DNA of 35,015 bases, taken from contig CAYJTR010000001.1 in NCBI GenBank assembly GCA_964373285.1, forward strand, positions 1 through 35,015, read 5' to 3'. The translations under genes and the position numbers were made by a program. Numbering within the stretch: position 1 is the stretch's first letter; every line of letters begins with the position of its first letter. Shown here in pieces: positions 15,698 through 23,785 of this stretch. The notes beneath the pieces were generated by a model, which was not told the origin of the DNA, made no database searches, and worked only from the letters and a program-made list of their open reading frames with translations. The DNA comes from an uncultured Methanosarcinales archaeon (GTDB taxonomy: Archaea; Nanobdellota; Nanobdellia; Woesearchaeales; ARS49).

Positions 15698-17580
15698 GGT
15701 CTAACTCCCGGCGCATTGCTCGTCGAGAATTCTAGTGATTGTACATTCCTTTTATTTTTCCTGTCAACTATTTCCATGAACACTGAATATTTCGTTCCCT
15801 GCTCTAGGCTTGAAATGTCTATTTTGTGGTTTCTTCCATAATTGCTTATTTTTGTGGTGCTTTTTGATTCTTCGTTGCCTTTCCAGTATTTTATTGTTAT
15901 TTTTGTGTCAACGTTTGTTTCTACTTCTATTCTTGCATTGTTTGTTGATGGCTGTATTGTTGGTCCGGATATTATTATCGGTATGTCAGGGCCTGTTGTG
16001 CTTCCTCCAGTGGTTGTTGTTTCCCCTTCAACTCTTACATTTTTTGATTCTTCTATCGTGTAGTCATATTTTGCCAGTGCGTAAAATGCTTTTTGTGTGA
16101 ACGCGCTTCCTCCAAGGAATCTTTCCCATGAATCTTTGTGCAGCGTGAACGCTGTTGATATTCTTGCGTTGGTTGTTATTTTCAGGTCTTCGGTGTTTAT
16201 CGAGTACACCGTTTCTACAGCGTTGTCGCAGGGCATTTCTGTATATGGGTATTCTTCTCTTAAATATTCACAGTTTGCCTTCACTATTTTTTCGCTGTAT
16301 GGCCTTATTGTTTCCAGCGCGAAACTTTTTGGCGTGACTATTATTATTCCTTTAACTTTTCCCTCGCCTTTTGCTATGCTTCTTGATATTATAACGTCTG
16401 GCGTGAATTTTATGCTTTCTTTTTTATCGTTTAGCACTACATATTTTTCTGGGAATCCTATATCAACTTTTAGCGGCGTTCTGGAGCTCGTCACTGTTGA
16501 TGGAATTATTGCTTTTGATAACTCTGCAGTTTTTGGTGTGAACTCTCCGTACTTGTTTAGACTGAATAATTCTTCTTTTCCCGTCGTGAATTCTAGTTTT
16601 GCTATTGCTTCCATTGAATAGTCTGCTTTTAGTGTTACCTTGTGGGTTCCCGGGTTTAGAGTGTTTTTTGATATTGTGCATGTTACTTCTTCTTTTTGTA
16701 TATTTTTTCCTATCGCTTCGTGCGTTTCCGGGGTTAGTGTTATTTTGTCGCTTGTCGCTCCCGGTGTAGAGCAGGATATTTTTACGTTTATTCCTTTGTC
16801 TTCCGAGAATGTTTTTGTTCTTAGCGTTCCTACTATTGACAGTTCGTCGGTTGTTTTGAATGGTGCTCCTCCAAGAGTTACTATTCCTTCGTCGCCCCAG
16901 TCTATTATTGCTTCAAATTCTGAAGGGTTTATTTTTCTTGATGCATCTTTTTGTGTTACGTTCCCTTTTATTTCTTGTTTTATGTTTTCCGCTCCTGTTG
17001 TTGCCACGCTTATTATTTGTCTTGCCGTGGCCACAATTGCTCTTGTTGATGCAACCATTGCGTCGCCGGCGTGAAATTCTGAGCCGAATGCTATTCCTCC
17101 TTCGGCTTTGCTTATTGCTGGCCACATTATAGTGGTTACCACTACTATAACCCATATGAACATGTATACTGCAGAAAACTTGTTCAGCCATTCGGGTTTT
17201 TCAATTTCATCCCTGGTTATTATGAAGAAGAACCATGCAGGCATTGCTAATAATATTGCTGTGTACGCGAATGTTCCCAGTGTGCTTTTTACCAGTTCTT
17301 CTATGAATGGTATTACCAGTACCAGTGGTACTATGTACGCCCATAACGCGAATATTCCCAGAGTTTCTAATCCTTCTTTGTTTCTAATGCTTTTCATTAA
17401 TAACCATCCCGTTCCCGGGAGTACTATGAAGTGTAGTATCATGAATATTGGATCAAAAATTTTTACTTCTCCCGTTAATCTTACAAGAATGTCCGCTACG
17501 TGAACTATTATTGCTATTAGTAAAAATAATACTATCCCTCCTCTTGATTTACCTGCGCTTGTTGTTGTGCTCAATTGCAA
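15694..17580 (-). CDS. Polytopic membrane protein with large extracellular beta-rich region and C-terminal FN3-like domain
   Basis: The N-terminal 170 aa or so contain 5-6 hydrophobic helices. The remainder is T/K/E/I-rich and beta-like. The C-terminus (ARIEVETNVDTKITIKYWKG...GTKYSVFMEIVD) looks FN3-like. Start is a TTG at 17580 or 17574. It overlaps the next gene by 4 nt. Confidence 0.7.
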   Translation of the reverse strand: MQLSTTTSAGKSRGGIVLFLLIAIIVHVADILVRLTGEVKIFDPIFMILHFIVLPGTGWLLMKSIRNKEGLETLGIFALWAYIVPLVLVIPFIEELVKSTLGTFAYTAILLAMPAWFFFIITRDEIEKPEWLNKFSAVYMFIWVIVVVTTIMWPAISKAEGGIAFGSEFHAGDAMVASTRAIVATARQIISVATTGAENIKQEIKGNVTQKDASRKINPSEFEAIIDWGDEGIVTLGGAPFKTTDELSIVGTLRTKTFSEDKGINVKISCSTPGATSDKITLTPETHEAIGKNIQKEEVTCTISKNTLNPGTHKVTLKADYSMEAIAKLEFTTGKEELFSLNKYGEFTPKTAELSKAIIPSTVTSSRTPLKVDIGFPEKYVVLNDKKESIKFTPDVIISRSIAKGEGKVKGIIIVTPKSFALETIRPYSEKIVKANCEYLREEYPYTEMPCDNAVETVYSINTEDLKITTNARISTAFTLHKDSWERFLGGSAFTQKAFYALAKYDYTIEESKNVRVEGETTTTGGSTTGPDIPIIISGPTIQPSTNNARIEVETNVDTKITIKYWKGNEESKSTTKISNYGRNHKIDISSLEQGTKYSVFMEIVDRKNKRNVQSLEFSTSNAPGVRP

Positions 17581-17647
17581 TCCTCTTTTTTGCCCTACCG
17601 CTCGTTTAAGAACATGCCTTTTTTAAAGCTTTGTCGAATTTAGCATC

Positions 17648-18772
17648 CTAACCAATTCTTATTCTTGCTTTGGGCACGTTGACCATTCCTTCAGGGGTTA
17701 TTTCCAGATAGTTCGTTCCTGTTGTCGTGCTGTTCGTCAGGTCTACTATTCCTATGAATTCCGACGTCCTTATGTAGAATGGTTTTGCGTTGAATACTCC
17801 GTTAAATATTTTTTCTCCTTGCTCCGGCAGTTCTAGCTCTAATTTTAGCGATCTTGGCCTTGTTTGAATGTTGAAGCTTGTTACGAACTTGTTTGCGTTT
17901 GTGGATGCCAGTTCTATTTTTATGTTGTTCATTCTCGTAATATTTTTGTTTTGTGCCGTGAATGTTATAGTGTTGGCTCCTCGTTTCAGCGAGCTTTTTG
18001 GTATCATATCTATTGTTTCTTCTTCGCACGCAATAGTCCCGTTTTTTATCGCATTCTTGTTCACAATTATTTCCATTATTGGTTCTTCATCGCACCTTGC
18101 GAAATATTTTAGCGTTGCTCCCGTCATGATTTCGTATTCTTCCTGAGTTATCGTGAATGTTGTTTTTTTTGTTAGTGGTGTTATGTCTGTTACTGTTCCT
18201 ATTAGCGATACGTCTTTTAGTGTGTATGCTGCGCTTTGCAGGAATCCGCTTTCTGTTGAGAATTTTAGCGAATTGCTCTTTTTTACGTATTGCGCAGGTA
18301 TTTTTATTGGTGCAGGGTTTGTCTCTTCTAAAACCCCGCTGAATAATACGTTATCATTAAGTATTATTGCCAGTGTTCCTTTTTTTTCTGTTGCAGTGAA
18401 GCTTAGGAATATGTTGTCCGTGTTTTTCGGGTCTTCCAGCATGAACGTTTTTGTATTATCGCTTCTTCTGAATATTCCGTTGCTTGCCGTAACGTCTGGG
18501 AATCTTGCTAACACTTTAGTGTTTTGCAGCGATTGCAGTGTGAATCCTTGGATTGTTTTGGTGTTGTCATCGTTTGTTCCTCCTTGGAGAATTCCTATCG
18601 TGTACTCTTTCATTACCCCTGCGGTTTGTGCGCTTCCTCTCATAGTGTTTTGGAATTTTTCCGGGGTTGTCACCATTGCGAACAGCAGGAATATTCCTAT
18701 GAGTACCAGTATAAGCATTGTTGCTCCTGTTGCTTGGGATTTTTTCCTCTTTTTGAACTGCATTCTGGTCAT
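17648..18772 (-). CDS. Signal-anchored exported protein, unknown family
   Basis: Basic N-terminus, then a TM helix (ATMLILVLIGIFLLFAMV), then a 330-aa beta-rich ectodomain. It is the first gene of the four-gene - strand operon. Confidence 0.7.
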   Translation of the reverse strand: MTRMQFKKRKKSQATGATMLILVLIGIFLLFAMVTTPEKFQNTMRGSAQTAGVMKEYTIGILQGGTNDDNTKTIQGFTLQSLQNTKVLARFPDVTASNGIFRRSDNTKTFMLEDPKNTDNIFLSFTATEKKGTLAIILNDNVLFSGVLEETNPAPIKIPAQYVKKSNSLKFSTESGFLQSAAYTLKDVSLIGTVTDITPLTKKTTFTITQEEYEIMTGATLKYFARCDEEPIMEIIVNKNAIKNGTIACEEETIDMIPKSSLKRGANTITFTAQNKNITRMNNIKIELASTNANKFVTSFNIQTRPRSLKLELELPEQGEKIFNGVFNAKPFYIRTSEFIGIVDLTNSTTTGTNYLEITPEGMVNVPKARIRIG

Positions 18773-18783
18773 TGTTGGTCAAA

Positions 18784-18804
18784 CATTATATAAATGTTTT
18801 TAAA
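18784..18804. promoter_or_regulatory. Divergent promoter region with two TATA elements inside a near-palindrome (aaacattatataaatgttt, ttttaaa)
   Basis: The spacer between the ATG at 18772 (-) and the ATG at 18826 (+) is 53 bp. The ttttaaa box (18798-18804) lies 22-32 nt from both start codons. Confidence 0.45.
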
Positions 18805-18825
18805 TGTTCTCTCGATTGCTCGCTT

Positions 18826-19851
18826 ATGAAACTTCTTGCAAGGGATAGAAAGCATAATTCTGTGAAATTGCTTTTGACAGTTCCCGAAGATTTTTGGTAT
18901 CTTCATAGAATTTTGCAGGAGGGCGATATTGTTGTGGGCAGGGCTTCAAGAAAAGTTCTTAAGGGTTCTGATACTGTAAGGACTACTTTTACTGCTACTC
19001 TTAGTGTTTTGAAATCTGATATTTCTGATAATTCTTTGAGAATTTCCGGTGTAACTATTGAGGATAACGATGATGTTCCTAAGGGCAGTCACCAATCAAT
19101 TGCCGCGTCTATTGGTGATGTCTTGTCTATCACTAAAGATTGGGGTCCTGTTGACGAGTCTGTTCTTAGTGATTGTTTGAAGTCTGGCACAACTCCCGTG
19201 CTTATTCTCATCATTGACAGGGATTCTGCTCTTTTCGCGCTGACTAATAGTGGCGGGTATTCCATTCTTGCAAAGCTTCGCGGCGATGTTCAAAAAAAGT
19301 ATGATGGCGTCCAGTTTAAAGATTTTTTTCCTTCGGTCGTTAAAAAACTGGAGGAGTTGGTTAATGCTAATAATGTTGGCAATGTCGTTGTTGGCTCTCC
19401 CGGTTTTTGGAAGGACGAGTTTTCCAAGCACTTGCCTAAAAATTTGAGGAGTAAAATTGTTTTTGCTGCTTGTTCTGATGATGGTGTTCGTGGTCTTCTG
19501 GAAGTTCTTAAAAAGCAGGAGTTGAAGTCTGTTCTCAGGGATGTTCGCGCCAGTGAGGAATTGTCTGTTGTCGAAAGCTTTTTGGGTATTATTCATAAGG
19601 GTGGCAGGGCTTCTTATGGTTTTGATAACATCAAATTTTTGGCTCAGCAGGGGGCCGTTGAAAAAATTATTGTTTCAACAAAAATTATTTCCAAGGGCCG
19701 CGCAGAGAAGAAGAGGGATGTTGAGGACTTGCTGTCTCTTGTTGAAAGTTTGAACGGCAGCATTATGATTATTTCTTCAGAGTACGAGGGCGGAAGTATT
19801 CTTGATGGTCTTGGAGGCATCGGCGCTTTTCTAAGATGGAAAGCGGAGTGA
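18826..19851 (+). CDS. pelA: Pelota (Dom34) ribosome-rescue factor
   Basis: MKLLARDRKHNSVKLLLTVPEDFWYLHRILQEGDIV, a central eRF1-like domain, and C-terminal GGIGAFLRW. The ATG at 18826 is preferred over the track start at 18772. Confidence 0.85.
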   Translation: MKLLARDRKHNSVKLLLTVPEDFWYLHRILQEGDIVVGRASRKVLKGSDTVRTTFTATLSVLKSDISDNSLRISGVTIEDNDDVPKGSHQSIAASIGDVLSITKDWGPVDESVLSDCLKSGTTPVLILIIDRDSALFALTNSGGYSILAKLRGDVQKKYDGVQFKDFFPSVVKKLEELVNANNVGNVVVGSPGFWKDEFSKHLPKNLRSKIVFAACSDDGVRGLLEVLKKQELKSVLRDVRASEELSVVESFLGIIHKGGRASYGFDNIKFLAQQGAVEKIIVSTKIISKGRAEKKRDVEDLLSLVESLNGSIMIISSEYEGGSILDGLGGIGAFLRWKAE

Positions 19852-19862
19852 TTTTTTCTTTT
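19852..19862 (+). terminator. T-run after pelA
   Basis: ttttttctttt follows the TGA directly. Confidence 0.45.
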
Positions 19863-19866
19863 CCAT

Positions 19867-19880
19867 AAGACAATTGTCTT
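19867..19880. promoter_or_regulatory. Perfect 14-bp palindrome AAGACAATTGTCTT (operator site 1)
   Basis: Self-complementary. An identical copy lies at 19922-19935. Confidence 0.55.
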
Positions 19881-19915
19881 AATTTAAGTGAGATAAATGT
19901 CTTACTATGGAAAAG

Positions 19916-19923
19916 TTTATAAA
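19916..19923 (+). promoter_or_regulatory. TATA box tttataaa for the 19962-20965 cassette
   Basis: Lies 39-46 nt upstream of the ATG at 19962. Its 3' edge overlaps operator site 2. Confidence 0.45.
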
Positions 19924-19935
19924 GACAATTGTCTT
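19922..19935. promoter_or_regulatory. Perfect 14-bp palindrome AAGACAATTGTCTT (operator site 2)
   Basis: Identical to site 1 and abuts/overlaps the TATA box. Confidence 0.55.
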
Positions 19936-19945
19936 ACAATAACAA

Positions 19946-19957
19946 AGACAGGTGTCT
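19946..19957. promoter_or_regulatory. Inverted repeat AGACA-GG-TGTCT (operator site 3)
   Basis: Same half-sites and spacing as sites 1 and 2. Lies 5 nt upstream of the ATG at 19962. Confidence 0.5.
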
Positions 19958-19961
19958 GCAT

Positions 19962-20369
19962 ATGAAACAGGAGAAAACAGAAGAAGGATTGCGGGAAGTG
20001 CTGGAAGAAATAGAAACTGCCCTAAGAGATCCTCGGGGACTTATCGCACACCAACGACGTCTCGCATTTTCAGTATCGCTCGGAGCATCGCTTCTGGTAG
20101 AACTCTACTTCCACAAAAAGGAAGTTCTCAAACCCGGAGGAAAAATTAATCATTTGTGGTTTCGGAAGCAAGAGAAAACAATTCTTGAAACATTGCAGCA
20201 TCAGATCACGTCGCCCATCAAATCATTGCCACAGATAGACATTATTATTGAACTCGCAAAAAAAATAGAAGAGAAAAGAGATGATTTGGCATATGGAACC
20301 CCTGCAGAAGAAAAAGTTCTCCAAGAGAAGATTAAGCTCTTTCTTCGATTAAAAGAGGTGACTGCATGA
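19962..20369 (+). CDS. Small helical protein, possible HEPN-like partner of the downstream nucleotidyltransferase
   Basis: 135 aa and K/E-rich. It contains RGLIAH (an Rx4H pattern), although unusually close to the N-terminus. It overlaps the next gene by 4 nt. Assignment is tentative. Confidence 0.45.
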   Translation: MKQEKTEEGLREVLEEIETALRDPRGLIAHQRRLAFSVSLGASLLVELYFHKKEVLKPGGKINHLWFRKQEKTILETLQHQITSPIKSLPQIDIIIELAKKIEEKRDDLAYGTPAEEKVLQEKIKLFLRLKEVTA

Positions 20370-20965
20370 TTCAAGGATATGCTTCTTATTTCAGCGCTTT
20401 TCTCATACAAAACACGAAAAATAGAGAACAGATACAGAGAATAATTTTGTATGGTTCGGTAGCAAAAGGTGAAGAAACAAGAGAAAGTGATGTTGATATA
20501 TTTATAGAACTAAAAAGGAAGAACAACATGGTTGAGAAAGAAATTCGTGAGGTAGAAAAAAAGTTTTATGACAGCAGAGAGGCAGTACTGTTTAAACTGA
20601 AAGGCATAGAAAACAAAATAAATATAAAAATTGGAGCACTTGCCCAGTGGAGAGAATTATACGGGAGCATAGCATCAACAGGCATTGTGCTGTACGGGCC
20701 ATATGAAGCAAAAGAACTCCCATCAGGCGTACAACATAACACGATAATATACTGGGACAAAATAGAAAAAAACAGGGGCGCATTTCTCAATATATTGTAC
20801 GGTTTCAGAGCAAAAAATAAAAAACATTTCGGGATATTGGAAAAAATTGGGGGGGCAAGGATGGGGAAAAGTTGTATTCTTATACCCACACAATACAAAA
20901 GTGAAATACTAAAACTCATACAAAACTATCGCGTCCACGCAAAAATAAAAGAAGTATATTCATAA
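20366..20965 (+). CDS. Nucleotidyltransferase-domain protein (MNT/pol-beta superfamily) with C-terminal extension of about 100 aa
   Basis: LYGSVAKGEETRESDVDIFI matches the GS-x9-11-DxD minimal nucleotidyltransferase signature. Confidence 0.75.
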   Translation: MIQGYASYFSAFLIQNTKNREQIQRIILYGSVAKGEETRESDVDIFIELKRKNNMVEKEIREVEKKFYDSREAVLFKLKGIENKINIKIGALAQWRELYGSIASTGIVLYGPYEAKELPSGVQHNTIIYWDKIEKNRGAFLNILYGFRAKNKKHFGILEKIGGARMGKSCILIPTQYKSEILKLIQNYRVHAKIKEVYS

Positions 20966-21034
20966 AGAATATTTCCTTCATCAATATTCCTCTTGACTGT
21001 AAAGTAATGACTTTTCGTGAATAAAAAGGAAGGT

Positions 21035-21044
21035 TTTTATATTG
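21035..21044 (+). promoter_or_regulatory. TATA-like box tttttatatt
   Basis: It precedes a hairpin-rich, comparatively GC-rich segment of about 235 nt that ends at the trmB-like ATG (21280). Confidence 0.4.
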
Positions 21045-21171
21045 GTGATTTATCCCCACTGAAAGTTGGTGAATTATTTCAGAATTGGGTTAATGCCCCG
21101 CGGCTTGCCGTGATTGGTTGCAACCCGATTTTGAGGTCGGAATTTGCTGTTCGCGAGGCGGGAAAATTTGT

Positions 21172-21204
21172 GCAGTGCTCTCTCACTGCTTGCAGTGTAG
21201 AGAG
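21172..21204 (+). promoter_or_regulatory. Mutually exclusive hairpins in the leader/ncRNA upstream of the TrmB-like gene
   Basis: CACTGC (21184-21189) can pair with GCAGTG at 21172-21177 or with GCAGTG at 21192-21197. The second option extends to an 11-12 bp stem (21178-21189 / 21192-21204). A T-run follows at 21245-21254. Confidence 0.35.
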
Positions 21205-21279
21205 TGTAGAGAATGATGGCATGGCAAATTTTCGGCAAATTCCTTATTTTTTTAGGGGTAAAAAGAGGAGGAAAGAACC

Positions 21280-22089
21280 ATGATAGTTAAAGAGGAGCTT
21301 TTAAGCAAACTTCGACGCTATTTTTCATTGAACCTTTACGAGGTTAAGATTTGGACTGCATTGTTGTCAAGGGGCGTTTCTACCGCCGGTGAATTGTCTG
21401 ACATATCTAATGTTCCCAGAAGCAGGAGTTATGACGTTCTTGAAAGTTTGGAGAAGAAGGGTTTCGTCGTCATGAAGCTCGGAAAGCCCATAAAATATAT
21501 TGCTGTTCCTCCCACTGAGGTTGTTGAGCGCGTTAAGAAGAATACTAAGAAGGATGCTGAAGATTTTGTTAAAAGGCTGGATTCTTTGAGGAATACTGAT
21601 GTTATTAAAGAGTTGGAATCTTTGCACACTCAGGGTGTTGAGCTCATCGACCCTACTGATCTTTCCGGCAGTTTGAGGGGCAGGCATAATTTGTATTCTC
21701 ACTTGGAGCTTACTATTCGTGGCGCTAACAAGAGTATTACCATTATGACTACTCCTTCGGGCCTTGTTAGAAAGGTTGATGGATTGAAACCCATTTTTGA
21801 AAAGTTGAAGAAGAGAGGTGTTCATATTAGGATTGCCGCTCCTCTTGTTACTGATGAGGCTAGGAAGGCTGCTAAAGATTTGGCCAGTGTTGCAGAAGTT
21901 AGGCATACCAGTGCCCGGTCTAGGTTTGTTATTGTTGACGGTCAGGAAATAATCTTTATGGTTATGGATGATGAGAGTGTTCACCCGACTTATGATATTG
22001 GTATTTGGGTTAATACTCCTTTCTTTTCATCATCTCTGGAGCAGTTATTCGACATTGCGTGGGAGGCAATGAAAAAACCGCAAAAGTGA
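21280..22089 (+). CDS. TrmB-family transcriptional regulator
   Basis: The N-terminal wHTH is LNLYEVKIWTALLSRGVSTAGELSDISNVPRSRSYDVLESLEKKGFV. About 269 aa with a C-terminal sensor-like domain. GGAGG lies 9 nt upstream of the ATG. Confidence 0.8.
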   Translation: MIVKEELLSKLRRYFSLNLYEVKIWTALLSRGVSTAGELSDISNVPRSRSYDVLESLEKKGFVVMKLGKPIKYIAVPPTEVVERVKKNTKKDAEDFVKRLDSLRNTDVIKELESLHTQGVELIDPTDLSGSLRGRHNLYSHLELTIRGANKSITIMTTPSGLVRKVDGLKPIFEKLKKRGVHIRIAAPLVTDEARKAAKDLASVAEVRHTSARSRFVIVDGQEIIFMVMDDESVHPTYDIGIWVNTPFFSSSLEQLFDIAWEAMKKPQK

Positions 22090-22091
22090 AC

Positions 22092-22098
22092 TTTTTTT
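22092..22098 (+). terminator. T7 run after the TrmB-like gene
   Basis: actttttttgt lies 2 nt after the stop. Confidence 0.35.
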
Positions 22099-22123
22099 GT
22101 TCTCGTTTGTATGGTAGGAATTT

Positions 22124-23785
22124 ATGGTTGTCGAGCGCGCTGGTAATGAAAGACCTTGGCGTAAGAGTCGGGGTGCGGTCGTGGATGGTAGAATAATTAT
22201 GAGTCGAGGTTTCTCGTCCGTTAAGAGGGTTGGAATTCCGAGCGTTAATTCAGTAGCATCCAAGGGCGTTAATAGAAAGATTATTGATGGGCTTCACAGG
22301 TTGGAGCGCGCGGTTCTTCCCGCTCTTGAGGGGCAGTCTTCTATTGCCGGCGTTGTGAAAGTTACTGGTTTGTCTTCTGTTGAAGTTTCTAGGGCCGTTC
22401 AATGGCTTGAGAAGAAGGGTCTTGTCAGGACCACTCATGAATCTGTTGAGCAAATATCTCTTGGGAAGATTGGTGCTGATGTTGCTTCCAAGGGGCTTCC
22501 TGAAAGGAGGTTGTTGCATGTTTTGTCTTCTCAGGATATTCCTATGAGTTTGTTGGGCAAAAAGTCAGGTCTTTCTAGGGATGAGGCCAACGCCGCTCTT
22601 GGCGCTTTAAGGTCTTTGTCTGCTGTTACTTTGAAAAAGGATAAGGATCTTGTATTGTCCATTACTGATAAGGGGCGGGCTATTCTTTCTAATGGTTTTT
22701 CCGAGGAATTGTTGCTTCATAAAAATTTTCCTTTGAGTGTTAAATCTCTTTCTGTTGATGAAAGGCGCGTTTACTCTCAGTTGAGGAAGAGGAAGGATTA
22801 TTTTAGGTCTGATGTTTTGAAGATTCAGCACATTTTTTTGGAGCCCTTGGGCAGGGATGTTTTGTCCACAGGCATTAAGGATGATTCTATTCTTGACAGG
22901 GTTACTACTACTCTTTTGAAGAGCAAGGGGTGGTTTGGTAAAACTTTTAGGCGTTATGATGTTTCTGCCAATGTTCCTCAAACTAATTTTGGCAAGGTTC
23001 AAATGTATAGGGCTTTTCTTGATGATGTTAGGCAGAAGTTTGTTAGTTTGGGTTTTCAGGAAATGTCGGGTCCTATTGTTGAGTCAGAATTCTGGAATAT
23101 GGACGCGCTATTCATGCCTCAGTTTCATTCTGCCAGAGATATCCATGATGTTTACTATGTTGAATCCCCGTCAAGAATGAGTTTGGATCAGTCTATAATT
23201 AAGAGGGTTAAGCAGGCTCACGAGTCTGGTGTTGATGGTTCCACTGGCTGGAATTATTCTTTTAATGTTGATAAGACTTGCGGCACTATTCTTAGAAGTC
23301 AGGGAACTTCTTGTTCTTCCAGAATTCTCGCCTCTCCTAATCTTAAAATTCCCGGGAAATATTTTGGTATTACCAGAGTTTTCAGGAAGGATGTTATTGA
23401 CGCCACTCATCTTGCAGATTTTAATCAGACCGAGGGTATTGTTATTGAGGAGGGGCTGAATATGAGGCATCTTGTTGGGCTTTTGAAAATGTTCGCCAAA
23501 GAGTTTGCAGGTACTGATGAAGTTCGCATTGTTCCCGGGTATTTTCCTTTCACCGAGCCCAGCGCTGAATTGTTTGCGAAGCACCCAACTCTTGGATGGG
23601 TTGAGCTTGGTGGCGCGGGTATTTTCAGGCCTGAAGTTGTCAGCCCTTTGCTTGGAAGAAATGTCAGCGTTCTGGCTTGGGGTTTGGGTATTGACCGGCT
23701 TGGGATGTTCAAGCTCGGTATTTCTGATATCAGAAGTCTTTTCAGTCAGGATTTAGATTATTTAAGAAATTCGAAGGTGGTATAA
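22124..23785 (+). CDS. pheS: Phenylalanine--tRNA ligase alpha subunit
   Basis: The class II core is present (FMPQFHSARD, ILRSQGTS, RVFRKDVIDATHLADFNQTEG, GYFPFTEPSAE, GAGIFRPEV). The start is uncertain, with an alternative ATG at 22199. Confidence 0.9.
   Translation: MVVERAGNERPWRKSRGAVVDGRIIMSRGFSSVKRVGIPSVNSVASKGVNRKIIDGLHRLERAVLPALEGQSSIAGVVKVTGLSSVEVSRAVQWLEKKGLVRTTHESVEQISLGKIGADVASKGLPERRLLHVLSSQDIPMSLLGKKSGLSRDEANAALGALRSLSAVTLKKDKDLVLSITDKGRAILSNGFSEELLLHKNFPLSVKSLSVDERRVYSQLRKRKDYFRSDVLKIQHIFLEPLGRDVLSTGIKDDSILDRVTTTLLKSKGWFGKTFRRYDVSANVPQTNFGKVQMYRAFLDDVRQKFVSLGFQEMSGPIVESEFWNMDALFMPQFHSARDIHDVYYVESPSRMSLDQSIIKRVKQAHESGVDGSTGWNYSFNVDKTCGTILRSQGTSCSSRILASPNLKIPGKYFGITRVFRKDVIDATHLADFNQTEGIVIEEGLNMRHLVGLLKMFAKEFAGTDEVRIVPGYFPFTEPSAELFAKHPTLGWVELGGAGIFRPEVVSPLLGRNVSVLAWGLGIDRLGMFKLGISDIRSLFSQDLDYLRNSKVV

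Noticed and set aside
18680-18772. A class III (type IV pilin-like) signal peptide in the 374-aa protein (KKS|QATGATMLILVLIG).
   Set aside because: It matches the K/R-G/A cleavage pattern only partially (Ser at -1, Gly at +4). No prepilin peptidase, assembly ATPase or platform gene is nearby, so it is treated as a plain signal anchor.
21050-21260. RNase P RNA or SRP RNA in the GC-richer intergenic segment (gaaagttgg and cagaattgggttaa loosely resemble the CR-I and CR-V boxes).
   Set aside because: The two boxes are only about 20 nt apart and are not mutually complementary, so no P4 helix can form. The segment is also too short, and no SRP helix-8 motifs were seen.
21017-21283. An 88-aa ORF (GTG start) upstream of the TrmB-like gene.
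   Set aside because: It begins upstream of the TATA-like box and follows neither strand's codon pattern. Its sequence is not protein-like, so the region is better explained as a structured leader or ncRNA.
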